A DNA stretch of 49,310 bases from Candidatus Altiarchaeota archaeon (GCA_038891095.1 JAWAEV010000006.1:1-49310), one strand, 5' to 3'. Counted from the first letter of the stretch, positions 36,253 to 47,300 are shown. Numbers and translations are program-made. Notes: generated from the sequence alone by a model not told the origin.

Positions 36253-37717
36253 TTTCCTTAAATTTCATTCTCTCAATAATTTCTTTTGGGTTTATGTGAT
36301 ATCTTTGGAAGATTTCTATTACTTCCTCATTAGATCTGATGTTATTCCTTAGCATCCATTCTAAAACTTTCTCTCTTATGTATATCTCCCTATCTAACTC
36401 CCTTTTATCAAGACCGCACCATCTTGATATTTTCTCTTTTAAGAGAATTGGATAATGTGTTCTTTGAATTTTATCTGTTTTTAAGTCCCAAGTATAAATT
36501 TCTCCTAATTGAACTACATCTCCTTCTATGCCAGAAATTTCAGCAACTTCTGTAACTCTTCTTATGACCCCTTTCTTTCTGTCAAAATATCTATTCATTA
36601 CAACAATCAAATCAATTAAAGGCAGCATTCTTATTGGTACATTCATTGGTTCATGCATAAGCCTTATTGTTGATTCTCTTGCATTATTTGAGTGTATTGT
36701 ACACATCGAGCCATTTAAACCAATATCCATTGCTACAAATAATGTATTTGCTTCTCTACCACGAACTTCACCAACAAAAACTCTATCAGGCCGCATTCTT
36801 AGAGAATTTTCAACTAGGGCTTCCATATCTAAATTCGTTTTTTCTATCACTGAAGGATTTGCCTCTAAAGCAACCCAATTTTCAAGAAATTCTAAATTTA
36901 GTTCCAAAGTATCTTCAACTGTTACAACTCTCTCTGTTGGTGGGATGAACATAGCCAATGCATTAAATAAAGTTGTTTTTCCAGAACCTGAGCCACCTGC
37001 AATTAATATATCACAAGGATGTAGACCAAATCCCTCAACACAAACCCACAAAAATGCAGCAAGGTCAAGACTTATTGAATTAAGTGCGATTAAATCTATG
37101 ATGTTGTAAGGTGCCTTTTTAAATTTTCTTATTGTGATTGCAGGTCCATGTGGAGCAGCAGGTTCAATTGCAATATTTGCTCTTGAGCCATCTGGCATAT
37201 GACCATCAAGTAATGGCTTCTTCTCATTTATCTCTCTACCAGAATAAACTGATAGAAAATTTATAATTTCATTTATTTCATTTCTAGATTCATACCTTAA
37301 ATTTGTCATACACATACCATACTTTCTGTGAACAACAAATATTGGAACACCTACACCATTTACCATTATCTCCTCTAAATTGTCATCTCTCATAAGACAA
37401 CCAATCTTTCCATAACCAAGAAAAATGTCATCCATTATCATCTCTATTAACTTATCTTGATTTGCTGAAGAGACTCCTCTTTCATTTAGTTTAACACTAA
37501 GATATTTTCTCAAAAAGTCCTCTTTCTCAGCAGAGGTTCTGTAAGCCTCTAACTTTTTCACAATTTCTTTGTAGTCAGAAACTAAAGCTTTTGGATGCTT
37601 GATAATTGCTTCTTCTTCTGGAGTTAATTTTGGTGGCATTATTATATACATGAGCATTGATGTACCTTCCTCACGAATTATCTTCACATCACCATAAGAA
37701 TCAACAACTTCTGGCAT
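36242..37717 (-). CDS. Second TadA/CpaF/VirB11-family secretion ATPase
   Basis: GGSGSGKTT, TVEDTLEL, LRMRPDR-x-x-VGEVRG-x-EA. Confidence 0.93.
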   Translation of the reverse strand: MPEVVDSYGDVKIIREEGTSMLMYIIMPPKLTPEEEAIIKHPKALVSDYKEIVKKLEAYRTSAEKEDFLRKYLSVKLNERGVSSANQDKLIEMIMDDIFLGYGKIGCLMRDDNLEEIMVNGVGVPIFVVHRKYGMCMTNLRYESRNEINEIINFLSVYSGREINEKKPLLDGHMPDGSRANIAIEPAAPHGPAITIRKFKKAPYNIIDLIALNSISLDLAAFLWVCVEGFGLHPCDILIAGGSGSGKTTLFNALAMFIPPTERVVTVEDTLELNLEFLENWVALEANPSVIEKTNLDMEALVENSLRMRPDRVFVGEVRGREANTLFVAMDIGLNGSMCTIHSNNARESTIRLMHEPMNVPIRMLPLIDLIVVMNRYFDRKKGVIRRVTEVAEISGIEGDVVQLGEIYTWDLKTDKIQRTHYPILLKEKISRWCGLDKRELDREIYIREKVLEWMLRNNIRSNEEVIEIFQRYHINPKEIIERMKFKENDK

Positions 37718-37771
37718 TTTTAGTTTTATATAAAAATAAGAACAGAGGTATATAAACTTTAGTATGCAACT

Positions 37772-38689
37772 TTACTTTTTACTTAATAAAACAACTCTTG
37801 AATCTTTCTTCTCATCCTTGAAATTATAATTAAGAAATTCATTAATTTTCTCAGCAAAATTTTTGCATTCTTCAAATGATGGCATATTCTCTAAGCTGAG
37901 TCTTTTTCTTGAACCTCCAAGAAACATATAACTTTTTACCTCTAAAAAATCTGGCTCTGCCTTCTCAATCAATTTTGCATATTCATCAGGCAAAGCGTCA
38001 TTTAATCCCTTCACTAAAGTCAACCTTACAACCTTTTTAGTTTCAAGCGATGGAAATAACTCAAGTGAAGTGTTAAATTTTTTCCAACCATCTGAAATTA
38101 ATGGGTTGCAAATTCTTCTGTAATACTCCTCTGTTGGAGCAACTAAGGAAATATAAAGTTGTGTTGGCATTTTCATTCTTTCTAAAACTTCTGGAAAAGT
38201 GCCATTAGTTACAAGAAATGTTGTGAAATTTTTTCTATGGAAAATTTCTATTAGTTCTGAAATTTTTGGATATATTGTAGGCTCTCCAGAAAGAGAAATT
38301 GCAACATTAGTTGGATTTTGAGCTTCTTTAAGTTTTTTCATATTAACTCTATCTGGGATTCCACCATAACCACTTAACAAACTCCTCTGTGCTTTTATTG
38401 CTTCCTCAAAAATAAATTCAGGCTCATCAAAATTTTCTTTTTTATATTTTAGGGTATACTCTGTATCTCTCCAACAAAACAAACATTTTTGGCTACAAAA
38501 AACAACTGCTGGAGTGAATTGCATACATCTATGCGAACAGATACCATAAAATTTTTGTTTATAACAAAAATTCTTGTCAAGCAAACTCTTTTTAAGCCAA
38601 TGACATAACTTAACTGCTGAATGATTTCCAACGAGTTTATAATGCTGCCTTACTAAAATCCTTTTAATATCTTTCGATATCACTTGCAT
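37772..38689 (-). CDS. taw1: 4-demethylwyosine synthase TYW1 (radical SAM)
   Basis: HSAVKLCHW, CYKQKFYGI-x-SHRC, CSQKCLFCWR, SLSGEPT, EVKSYM. Confidence 0.96.
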   Translation of the reverse strand: MQVISKDIKRILVRQHYKLVGNHSAVKLCHWLKKSLLDKNFCYKQKFYGICSHRCMQFTPAVVFCSQKCLFCWRDTEYTLKYKKENFDEPEFIFEEAIKAQRSLLSGYGGIPDRVNMKKLKEAQNPTNVAISLSGEPTIYPKISELIEIFHRKNFTTFLVTNGTFPEVLERMKMPTQLYISLVAPTEEYYRRICNPLISDGWKKFNTSLELFPSLETKKVVRLTLVKGLNDALPDEYAKLIEKAEPDFLEVKSYMFLGGSRKRLSLENMPSFEECKNFAEKINEFLNYNFKDEKKDSRVVLLSKK

Positions 38690-38764
38690 TTTAAATTTAT
38701 ATTTTTAGGTTTTTATATTTAGAAGTATATAATATTACATTTAAAATTTTTAATCTAAGCAAAA

Positions 38765-39007
38765 ATGGTTAGATATATTATTGCAAGACAATTAGGTGGG
38801 AAACCAGTTATAACAGTTTCTGGTGAGGAATTAGGAAGATTAGATGATATTGTGATTGATGAAAAAACAGGTAAATTTATTTCAATAATTGTAGAGCCAG
38901 TTGCTGACCTACCAAGAGTGCCATATCCAAAAGACAAAGATGGTTTCTTAGTTATTCCATATGATGCAGTGAATGCCATATCAAAGATAGTTGTTGTAAA
39001 AGACTAA
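38765..39007 (+). CDS. PRC-barrel domain protein
   Basis: L-x-GK-x-V-x-x-x-x-G-x-x-LG-x-x-x-D-x-x-ID-x-x-TG, IPY-x-AV-x-AI. Confidence 0.9.
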   Translation: MVRYIIARQLGGKPVITVSGEELGRLDDIVIDEKTGKFISIIVEPVADLPRVPYPKDKDGFLVIPYDAVNAISKIVVVKD

Positions 39008-39068
39008 GTGACTATTTTCATTATGGAAGGCTAAGATATTTATCCTATCATTTTCGCTCTCTATTTCT

Positions 39069-39587
39069 TTAACTATTTCCAAAAAATCCAGAGACCATAT
39101 CAGTAAATAGATGTGTTATAATTATCACTAAAATTGCTATTGTCAAATGCTCTAAAGCTATTTTTATTGGATTTTTTCCCTGGGAGCGAGCCATTAAATA
39201 GCTTAGCACTACCAAAGAAAGAAGGCCCCAAATTATGTTAACATAAATAGCACTTTGCACATCAAGAAGTATTAGAGGTATTGCGAAGGTCAATGGAAAG
39301 AAAAATTTTGTAAAAAACGTTGCAAATGTTGAAGTCCAAATTTCTTTATCAGTATGTACATTTTCCGACTCTTCTGAAAGATGAATTCCTAATGCATCTG
39401 AAAGTGCATCTGCAATTGCTATTGTAAATATTGCCCCTAAGATTACTAACTTACTTCCAGAGAAGGAATGTAGGCCTATCATTAACCCAAGAGTAGTTAT
39501 TATTGCGGATGTTAAACCAAAAGAGACCCCTACTATTAATGAATGCTCATTTGAATGCTCATTTGCGTGTTTTGTGTACATGGCCAA
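39069..39587 (-). CDS. VIT1/CCC1-like membrane protein
   Basis: FGLTS-x-IIT, AIADALSDALG-x-H-x-SEESE. Confidence 0.82.
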   Translation of the reverse strand: MAMYTKHANEHSNEHSLIVGVSFGLTSAIITTLGLMIGLHSFSGSKLVILGAIFTIAIADALSDALGIHLSEESENVHTDKEIWTSTFATFFTKFFFPLTFAIPLILLDVQSAIYVNIIWGLLSLVVLSYLMARSQGKNPIKIALEHLTIAILVIIITHLFTDMVSGFFGNS

Positions 39588-39615
39588 TAACTTACTAATA
39601 AATTAAAATCTCAAT

Positions 39616-40179
39616 CTAAATAAATAGAATGAAGGATATACCAAATGCAATAAATATTATTCCTGAAATTTTTGAAATTTTTCCTTCGTTAAATTTACAT
39701 ATAAAATTTTTACTAAGATAAATTGCAATAAGTGAGAGGAAAAATAATGCTGTTAAAGCGCCAAAAAAAACCATTAAGGGTGCATAATTCATAGCAAGAA
39801 TTCCTGACAGTATCTGAGTTTTATCTCCAAATTCAGCTAAGAAAATCATAGAAAACCCTATAGTGAAAGGGTTTTTATTTATTGCTTTATCAACTACTCC
39901 AAATTTTTTAAATTTAGAGTCGATTAAGATAAATGCTCCAAAGAGAATAAAAATTATAGCTGAAAAAACTCTTATCAGCTCCTTGATGAAAAATTCTCTC
40001 AGTAAAGAGCCAAAAAAAATTCCAATACCATCAACAATCAAAAAAGCTAACATAGCTGAAAGTAAAAGTTCTTTATGTTTTTTTGTTTTTGAGGATAATA
40101 ACATAAGTGTTATTTGTGTCTTATCACAAATTTCTGAGAGGGCAACAAAAACTGCAGATAATATAAACTCTTCTAACAT
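39616..40179 (-). CDS. GDT1/TMEM165 (UPF0016) cation transporter
   Basis: Two motifs, EICDKTQ and EFGDKTQ. Confidence 0.92.
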   Translation of the reverse strand: MLEEFILSAVFVALSEICDKTQITLMLLSSKTKKHKELLLSAMLAFLIVDGIGIFFGSLLREFFIKELIRVFSAIIFILFGAFILIDSKFKKFGVVDKAINKNPFTIGFSMIFLAEFGDKTQILSGILAMNYAPLMVFFGALTALFFLSLIAIYLSKNFICKFNEGKISKISGIIFIAFGISFILFI

Positions 40180-40185
40180 ATAAAA

Positions 40186-41496
40186 TTATAGTTTATTTGC
40201 TATTTTAATTGCAATTTCTACAGCTTCATTTGCATCCTTTGCAAGAATTCTTATCATTGCTTCTTTCCCTTTTCCACCTTCATCGTATATAATATCAGGC
40301 ACTACTCCATTTTTTTCTATTGCTTCTCTTGTTCCCCATTCCATTGTGCTGACATTTTTTGGCTCTTTATCTCTTTCAAAATTTCCAATACTAAAGCCTA
40401 ATTTTTTACAAATTTCTAAAATTTCATCAGAAAATTTTATATTTATTGCTGCTCTTTTTTCTTTATTAAATTTCATTGCTGTGAGAACAACCCTTGCAAC
40501 ATGTTCTGATCCTGAGAAATCCACAATGCCAACAGGGATTGCTCTCTTGTAACTTCTCACAATTCTTCCAGTAATTCCTGCTATCTCATTGATAGTTTTC
40601 GCATTTTGCAATGCCATAACAATATTGCATCCAACTTCTGGGATAATTTTATAACTTCTATCATTATCACAAAATTTCTCTATCGCATTTGAAACACATT
40701 CTAAAACTTCCTTTTTTTCTTTCTCTTCATATGTCACTGCAAGTTTTATGTTTGCAACATCTATAACTCTTAGCCCAAAACCAATGGAAAAATTTTTTGC
40801 AATTGCCTCATCAATAAAATTTTTTGTTTTTTTAACTGCAATTTCAACTGGAAAATTTCTTGCTAAAAAAGCAGCAATTGCAGCTGAAAATGCACATCCT
40901 GCTCCATGAAGTTTAGCTTTAATTTTTAAATCGCTCTTAAATTTCTTAAATTTTCCATTAAAGTGGAGAAGATCAATGCCATGGAACTCACTACCAGTGA
41001 TGACACAATTTCCGATTTTTTTTGCAGCAATTTTTGCATCTTCAAAATTTTTTATTTCCACTCCAGATAAAATTTCTGCCTCTCTTCTGTTAGGCGTCGT
41101 TATCTTTGCTAAAGAGATTAACTTTTTTAATTGAGGTAATGCATCGCTTTGCAAAAGCATTTCCCCAGAAGTTGATTTCATAACAGGGTCAACAACTAAA
41201 TTTTCAACTTTATACTCTTTAATTTTTTTACAAACTAAATCAATGATTTCTTTGTTATAGAGCAATCCTGTTTTTACAGAATTAACTTTTATATCTGAAA
41301 AAATTGCATCAATTTGTTCTTCAACAATTTCCTTACTTAGAGGATAAATCTTATGTACGCCCTTTGTATTTTGTGCTGTTATTGCTGTTATCACAGATGT
41401 GCCATAAACTCTTAAGTAAGAGAAAGTTTTTAAGTCTTGTTGTATTCCTGCTCCTGAGCAAGAATCTGAGCCTGCTATAGTTAAAGCAATTTTCAT
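40186..41496 (-). CDS. thiDN: Bifunctional HMP/HMP-P kinase - thiamine-phosphate synthase (ThiD-ThiN fusion)
   Basis: TIAGSDS-x-x-GAGIQ-x-D, VVDPVM, HGAGC; C-terminal IPEVG-x-N, S-x-HVAR, GKEAMIR. Confidence 0.93.
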   Translation of the reverse strand: MKIALTIAGSDSCSGAGIQQDLKTFSYLRVYGTSVITAITAQNTKGVHKIYPLSKEIVEEQIDAIFSDIKVNSVKTGLLYNKEIIDLVCKKIKEYKVENLVVDPVMKSTSGEMLLQSDALPQLKKLISLAKITTPNRREAEILSGVEIKNFEDAKIAAKKIGNCVITGSEFHGIDLLHFNGKFKKFKSDLKIKAKLHGAGCAFSAAIAAFLARNFPVEIAVKKTKNFIDEAIAKNFSIGFGLRVIDVANIKLAVTYEEKEKKEVLECVSNAIEKFCDNDRSYKIIPEVGCNIVMALQNAKTINEIAGITGRIVRSYKRAIPVGIVDFSGSEHVARVVLTAMKFNKEKRAAINIKFSDEILEICKKLGFSIGNFERDKEPKNVSTMEWGTREAIEKNGVVPDIIYDEGGKGKEAMIRILAKDANEAVEIAIKIANKL

Positions 41497-42545
41497 CTTT
41501 TTGAATTTGTTAATATCCTCTCTTTAATTTCCTCTTCAACTTTAAATTCTTCTTCCTTCAATATATTTATCCCATAATGAACAGAGAGTATCGCTCCAAT
41601 GATTGATGGCAAAAGATAAAAAAGACTTCTATCTATTAGCGTTATTGCAGCTGCTTCTGTTGCTGATATCTCAGCTATTATACTGAATAAAAGAACACTT
41701 GCCCCTTCCCATATACCTAAGGAACCTGGAATTAATGGGATTCCAGATAAAATCAAAATTGATGTCTCTACAATCAAAACATGGGAAAATAAAACTTTTA
41801 TATTCAAAGCAATTGCTATAAGATAAACTCTAAATAGAACTAATAACCATTTTAAACATGAGATTATAGTTCCAAATAGTAAAACATTAAAGTCTATCAT
41901 GCTCTCCTTAACTGCATTTGTAAATTTCTCTTGTATATCATAAATTTTTGACTTAAAATTTATTGCCCTCCTTTTCAAAATTGGGACATATGAAATGCAT
42001 TTTATAAAAACTTCAATAAGTTTATGAGAAAGTGAAGGATTTATAACTAAGTTTATTGAGATTAAAAAAAGAAAGAAAAGTAAAAATGTAAGAAATACTA
42101 ACATGAGAGCTATCTCAACTTCTATACCCTTAATAATGATCAAAAATATTGAAATAACTGCAAGAAAAAATATTGGTAAAATTTCTAAGAATAAGTCGAC
42201 TATAACACTTGCAAAAGAGCGCTCAATAGGAATTTTCTTTATTTTATAGAGAAGATATGCTCTTACTGGTTCACCACCAGCAATGCCTATAGGTGTTATA
42301 TTTGTAAAAAGATAACCAACTATTGAAATTGGTATTAATGCCGCCGTTGAAATTTTTTCTTTTAGTACAACTTTCCATTTTATCGATGAAAAAATTATAA
42401 TTAAAATTTCAATAAAGAGCAAAATTAGGAGATATCTTAAAGGAAAAGTTGCTATGATCTCTAAAACTTTATAGAAATCAACCATGTAGAGAGTAAACGC
42501 AAGTATTGCTATCCCTAAAAACAATAAAATTGCTCGTTTATACAT
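41493..42545 (-). CDS. UPF0104 / lysylphosphatidylglycerol-synthase TM (flippase-like) protein
   Basis: NITP-x-x-x-x-GGEPVR, PGSLG-x-x-E, DR motifs; polytopic. Confidence 0.9.
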   Translation of the reverse strand: MYKRAILLFLGIAILAFTLYMVDFYKVLEIIATFPLRYLLILLFIEILIIIFSSIKWKVVLKEKISTAALIPISIVGYLFTNITPIGIAGGEPVRAYLLYKIKKIPIERSFASVIVDLFLEILPIFFLAVISIFLIIIKGIEVEIALMLVFLTFLLFFLFLISINLVINPSLSHKLIEVFIKCISYVPILKRRAINFKSKIYDIQEKFTNAVKESMIDFNVLLFGTIISCLKWLLVLFRVYLIAIALNIKVLFSHVLIVETSILILSGIPLIPGSLGIWEGASVLLFSIIAEISATEAAAITLIDRSLFYLLPSIIGAILSVHYGINILKEEEFKVEEEIKERILTNSKR

Positions 42546-42583
42546 TATAATTTTTATTAATTGTCACAAGTATAAATACATAT

Positions 42584-43303
42584 ATGCCAAATATTTCGGT
42601 TATTATTCCAACAAAGAATGAAGAAGCAGAAATAAAGCAATGTTTAGAGTCTATAAAATCTCAAACCTATAGGGACTTTGATATATGGGTTGTGGATGCA
42701 TACTCAACTGATAAAACTGAAGAAATTGCTAAGGAATACACAAAAAATGTAATAAAAACTAAAGCAAAATTTCCAGGACAAGCAAGAAATGAAGGTGTTA
42801 AAAAATGTGACAGCAAAATAGTTGCGTTTATTGATGCTGACACTATTGCCCCAAAAGATTGGCTTGAGAGAATTGCAAAGGATTTTTCTGAGAGGGATAT
42901 TGTTGCATTAGGTGGAGTTTTAAGGCCTTTAAATCCAAGATTGCTTGATAAGATAATGTTCAAGATAAATTCTGATTTATGGTATAGACTAACTGCAAAA
43001 TTTGGTTTTTATCAGCTTCCTACTCCAAATTGTGCATATAAGAGAGAAATTTTTCTTAAGGCAAATGGCTTTAATGAGGAGATGTCAATGCTTGAAGATA
43101 CAGAACTTTCATTAAGGATTAAAAAATATGGTAAAGTTTTTATAGATAAAAATTTATATACATTAAATTCAACAAGGAGGTTTAGGCAGGAGGGCTATTT
43201 TAAAGTTTTCTGCCGATATTTAATAGCCTATACAAATATGTTTCTTGGCAGAAAAGTTAAGTCAAGACATTTTGATGTGATTGAGCATGAAGAGCAAGTA
43301 TAA
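42584..43303 (+). CDS. Glycosyltransferase family 2
   Basis: SVIIPT-x-NEE, VVD-x-x-STD, FIDAD, ED-x-EL, STRRF. Confidence 0.95.
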   Translation: MPNISVIIPTKNEEAEIKQCLESIKSQTYRDFDIWVVDAYSTDKTEEIAKEYTKNVIKTKAKFPGQARNEGVKKCDSKIVAFIDADTIAPKDWLERIAKDFSERDIVALGGVLRPLNPRLLDKIMFKINSDLWYRLTAKFGFYQLPTPNCAYKREIFLKANGFNEEMSMLEDTELSLRIKKYGKVFIDKNLYTLNSTRRFRQEGYFKVFCRYLIAYTNMFLGRKVKSRHFDVIEHEEQV

Positions 43304-43429
43304 CTCAAAAACTTATAGCTAAAAAATTGAAATTTTTTTGTTATAGGTTCTAAAAGAGCAGTCTTCCTACTCTTTACATATACCATATATCTCATCAAAT
43401 TTTTTCTTTATCTTTCTTTCCATAAATTT

Positions 43430-43866
43430 TTAGCATATCCAAATTCTCTCAAGAACCTTTTCCTTGCTGATATTGTGGTCTCTATGGAGTTTAAGTATAT
43501 ATTTTATTCTGTAATCCAATAAAGTATAAGGGATAACTGAAAACTCTCTACAACATAAAAAGATTTTACTCCTTACAAGTTTTTGAGCTTCTTGTACAAG
43601 TCATGTTTGTGTTGAGATTTCCTCAAATTTTTTTAGTTCGTCCAAAAACTTTTCCCTTCTCTTTCTCAAAATTTTTTTGATTTGGTCAAAGTTCACAGCA
43701 TATACCCCTTTTTCTCTCAGAATTTAGAGCTCTGTAAGCTCTCTTGTAATTTTTTCATATTCCTTTCTATGTTATTTGGTGTTGTTGTTTTTTCTTCTCC
43801 GCTGATTTCAAGGCTATATAAACTAATTAAAATTTCAGGTTGCTGCTCAGTCAAATCTAACAACAT
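43430..43866 (-). pseudogene. Decayed gene fragments, possibly a winged-helix regulator
   Basis: Adjacent short frames MLLDLTEQQPEILISLYSLEISG... / ILREKGVYAVNFDQIKKILRKRREKFLDELKKFEE with coding-like composition, broken by stops and frameshifts. Confidence 0.35.
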
Positions 43867-44314
43867 TGAATTTCTTTTGAGCTGAACCCTTTTTTTCTTC
43901 AGTAGTGTTTTTTATGATATTGGTGTTTACGCTACAATAATTTATCTTGAATCTATCTATAGCAAAAAAATTTAAATATAAATATAACTTTAGAAATTTT
44001 TGTTTGTGAGATGAAATTGGATTAAAAATAATGGGGGTTTATGAAGAAACTTCAAAGATACTTGCGTTAGAAAAATTTAGAGAAGGAAGAGAGAAAAAGA
44101 AGCTTTAAAATTTTTACACTATTGTAAAACAGTACTGTAAATATAAAAAATAAAACCCTATATATACATATCATAAAAAATCCAAATAAACGATGAATTT
44201 TATTCATATTGGGGATTTTGGGTTGTGGTCTGTTCAGCTTGACCATTATGGAGAATTCTTCAATAATACTAAATACTTTCTCCTCCTTTCTGATATTCAA
44301 AAAATAAGTAAAAA

Positions 44315-44322
44315 GGAGGTGG
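44315..44322 (+). promoter_or_regulatory. Shine-Dalgarno sequence GGAGGTGG
   Basis: Ends 6 nt before the ATG at 44329. Confidence 0.75.
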
Positions 44323-44328
44323 TAAGAA

Positions 44329-47300
44329 ATGAAAGCTGCAAAAAACCATAAAAAGAGAATAATTTTTTTAGTATGGCTTCTTTTTATTCTTCTTTTTGTT
44401 CTATTTCCTGGTATAGTTTTTGCTATTAGTGAGTATAGAATACCATTAAAAACTGGCTGGAATATGATCTCCACGCCTTTTGATCTAGAAAAAAGCAATT
44501 TGAAGGATGCTTTATCTTCAATAGATGGTAAGTACAACTATGTATATTCCTATAGTAATGGAGAATGGAAATTTTATATATCAGGTTATGAACAAGCCAG
44601 TTCATTAAAGGAATTAAAACCAGGAGAAGGTTATTGGATTTATATGAATTCAGAGGGAAATTTAACTTTTCGTGGCAATCTTCTTAAAAAGGTCTCTATT
44701 CCTCTGAAAAGAGGTTGGAACATGATAGGTTATCCTTCCTTAGAACCAAGAGATGTTAAAGATGTCTTGTTTTTAATAGATGGAAAGTATAGTTCTATAT
44801 CAACTTTTTCAGGGGGTTCACGAAAAAGCTATATTGTTGATGCGCCAAAAAATTCTTTAGAAAAATTATTTCCAGGTGAAGGTTACTGGATTAGCATGAC
44901 TCAAGATGCAGTTTTGGAAATAGAAAATTCAAATAGCCCAGGATCAAGTTGTAAAAAAACTTTTCAACCTTGTTTATCAAACTCAGAATGCTGCTCTAAT
45001 TTCTGTGTAGATGGTTTTTGTAGATACCCTATAATAAATAAATCTTGTAATGCAGATAATGCCAAAGATGAAAGCATCGAAGATGGTTTAGATGATAAGT
45101 ATTGCACCTGGAATGAACACGATAACTGCTTAGTTAGATCTTCCATTGAGATAATTTCAGGTCAATTAAATCCAACATATTGGGAAGGTGATAGTTGTAG
45201 TGCTGAGGATAATGGAACAAGTGACTTATATGGAGAAAAGAAAGTCTATGTTGATAATCTTGAAAAATACAAAATCGAAGGAAAACTTTTGGTGGATGAT
45301 TTTGCATATCTTTGGATAAATGACAAAGCAATTTCTAATTTGCAAGGTGTAAGTGGAGAAACTTCATGGGTAGATCTTACACCATACTTTAATTCAGGTT
45401 GGAATTTAATAAAATTTAAGGCTGTTGATTCTTGCTCTGGTAATAGATACTTTAAATTTGAGATAAAGGTAAAGAAGAAAAATGGCTATGAATGTAATAA
45501 AAACTCAGAATGTCTTTCTAATTATTGTATTGAAGATATAGGAAATGGAAAATGCGACTCTGAAAAAAAAATTTGTGCAGCAAACGATTCTGGTCCCTAT
45601 GTTTGCTCATGTTCTCTTTCTCAAGACGAAAATTCTGGGGATATAAAGATAACTTGGAATGTCGCAGATGATGTTCCTGATACTCCAAGCTCAAGTGGGA
45701 AATGGGTATTAATGTTGAGTAACTCATACAATTCAGAAATTTATTATGATTCTAAAAAACAAAATGAATGTTCAAAAGGAACTACTTTCACTAAGATCAT
45801 CCCTTTTTCATCTTTCCAGAAAAAACCTTCCTCATCAGTAGAAATTTTTGCAGAATTAAGTGAGGAAACATGCAACAATAAAATGCATATCTCCTCATTG
45901 TCTAATGAAAATATCAACAAAAATGAGGGTTATTGCAACACAACTCTAAAAATAAAAATTCCTGAAGGTTATTCTTGTAATTCAAATGAAGACTGTCTCT
46001 CAGGTTTTTGTATAGATAACATTTGCAAAAAGCTAAGTGAAGAAGAAAAAAATTTAAGAGCTCACTTAAGCTTAGATGAAGGTTTTGGAAATGTTGCGAA
46101 AGACTCATCGATGTATAAAAACAATGGGAATGTGCAAGGAGCTTCATGGACAGAAAGCAAATTTGGAAAAGCTCTAAGCTTTGATGAAAATTCCTTCATT
46201 GAGATAAAAAACTCTGAAAGTTTAAATCCAAGAGATGAGATAACTATATCCTACTGGATAAAACCAAATTGTGATGATAATGATATGGTTATACTTTCTA
46301 AACAAGGAATTTTTGAAAATGAATTAAAATGCGGTAATAGAACTTTCTTTTTCAGATCAATCATAAATGAAACTTTAAAAGAAATTTCCTTTACAGAAAA
46401 TTTGAATGCTAATGAGTGGTATTACATTGTTGAAACTTATGATGGCAACACTGTAAAAATTTATGTGAATAGCGAATTAAAGAGCTCTATGAATGCCTCT
46501 GGCAAGCTATCTCAATCGAAAAGTTCTTTGTTCATAGGTAAAAAGTTTAAAGGAATTATAGATGAAATCAAAATATATTCTTATGCCTTATCACCTTTAG
46601 AAATTCTACAAAATTATCTCCTTAGTGAAAAAGTTTTACATTTGGAGCTAAATGAAAATTCTGGAATTGTGGCTCATGACTCCTCTATTTTTAGAAATGA
46701 TGGAACAATTTATGGTGGATCTTCTTGGGTTGAAGGTATCCTCGGAAAAGCTCTTTATTTTGATGGGAAAGATGATTATATTGTAGTAGAAGAAGATGGA
46801 AGCTTAAATGAATTTAATGAAATCACTTTAGGGGTATGGATTTACAGAAAATCTCAAGGAGCTAATTGGATTTTTGGAAGAAATTTTGAGCATGATATCT
46901 CCTTAGAAAATGAAAAAATTAAAGTTTCGATGAAGGATCTTTCTATAGAAAATTGGAGCATAGAACTCTTAGTTCCACTAAATGAATGGACTCATATCGC
47001 AGTAACTTATAACAGAACTTCCATTAAAATTTATAAAAATTCTGAGTTAGTTGCAGAAAAGAAAGCTTTTGGAAAAATCTCAACGAAAGAACCTTTATAT
47101 ATAGGTAAATACTTCAATGGCAAGCTTGATGAGATTCTTATATTTTCAAGAGCTTTAACAGAACAAGAAATAAAAAAGTATTTCTATCAAGGTTATAGAA
47201 ATTTATTATACAAAGATTTTAACATTCCTCTCAACCCAGAAACAGGAAGTGGCGTTACTGGTGAAAATTCTAATTCAGGATCATCATCGGCTTCATTACC

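Noticed and set aside
36528-37109. 193 aa plus-strand ORF
   Set aside because: Antisense to the second secretion ATPase
44031-44108. 25 aa ORF MGVYEETSKILALEKFREGREKKKL
   Set aside because: Too short, no SD or recognisable motif; cannot be supported
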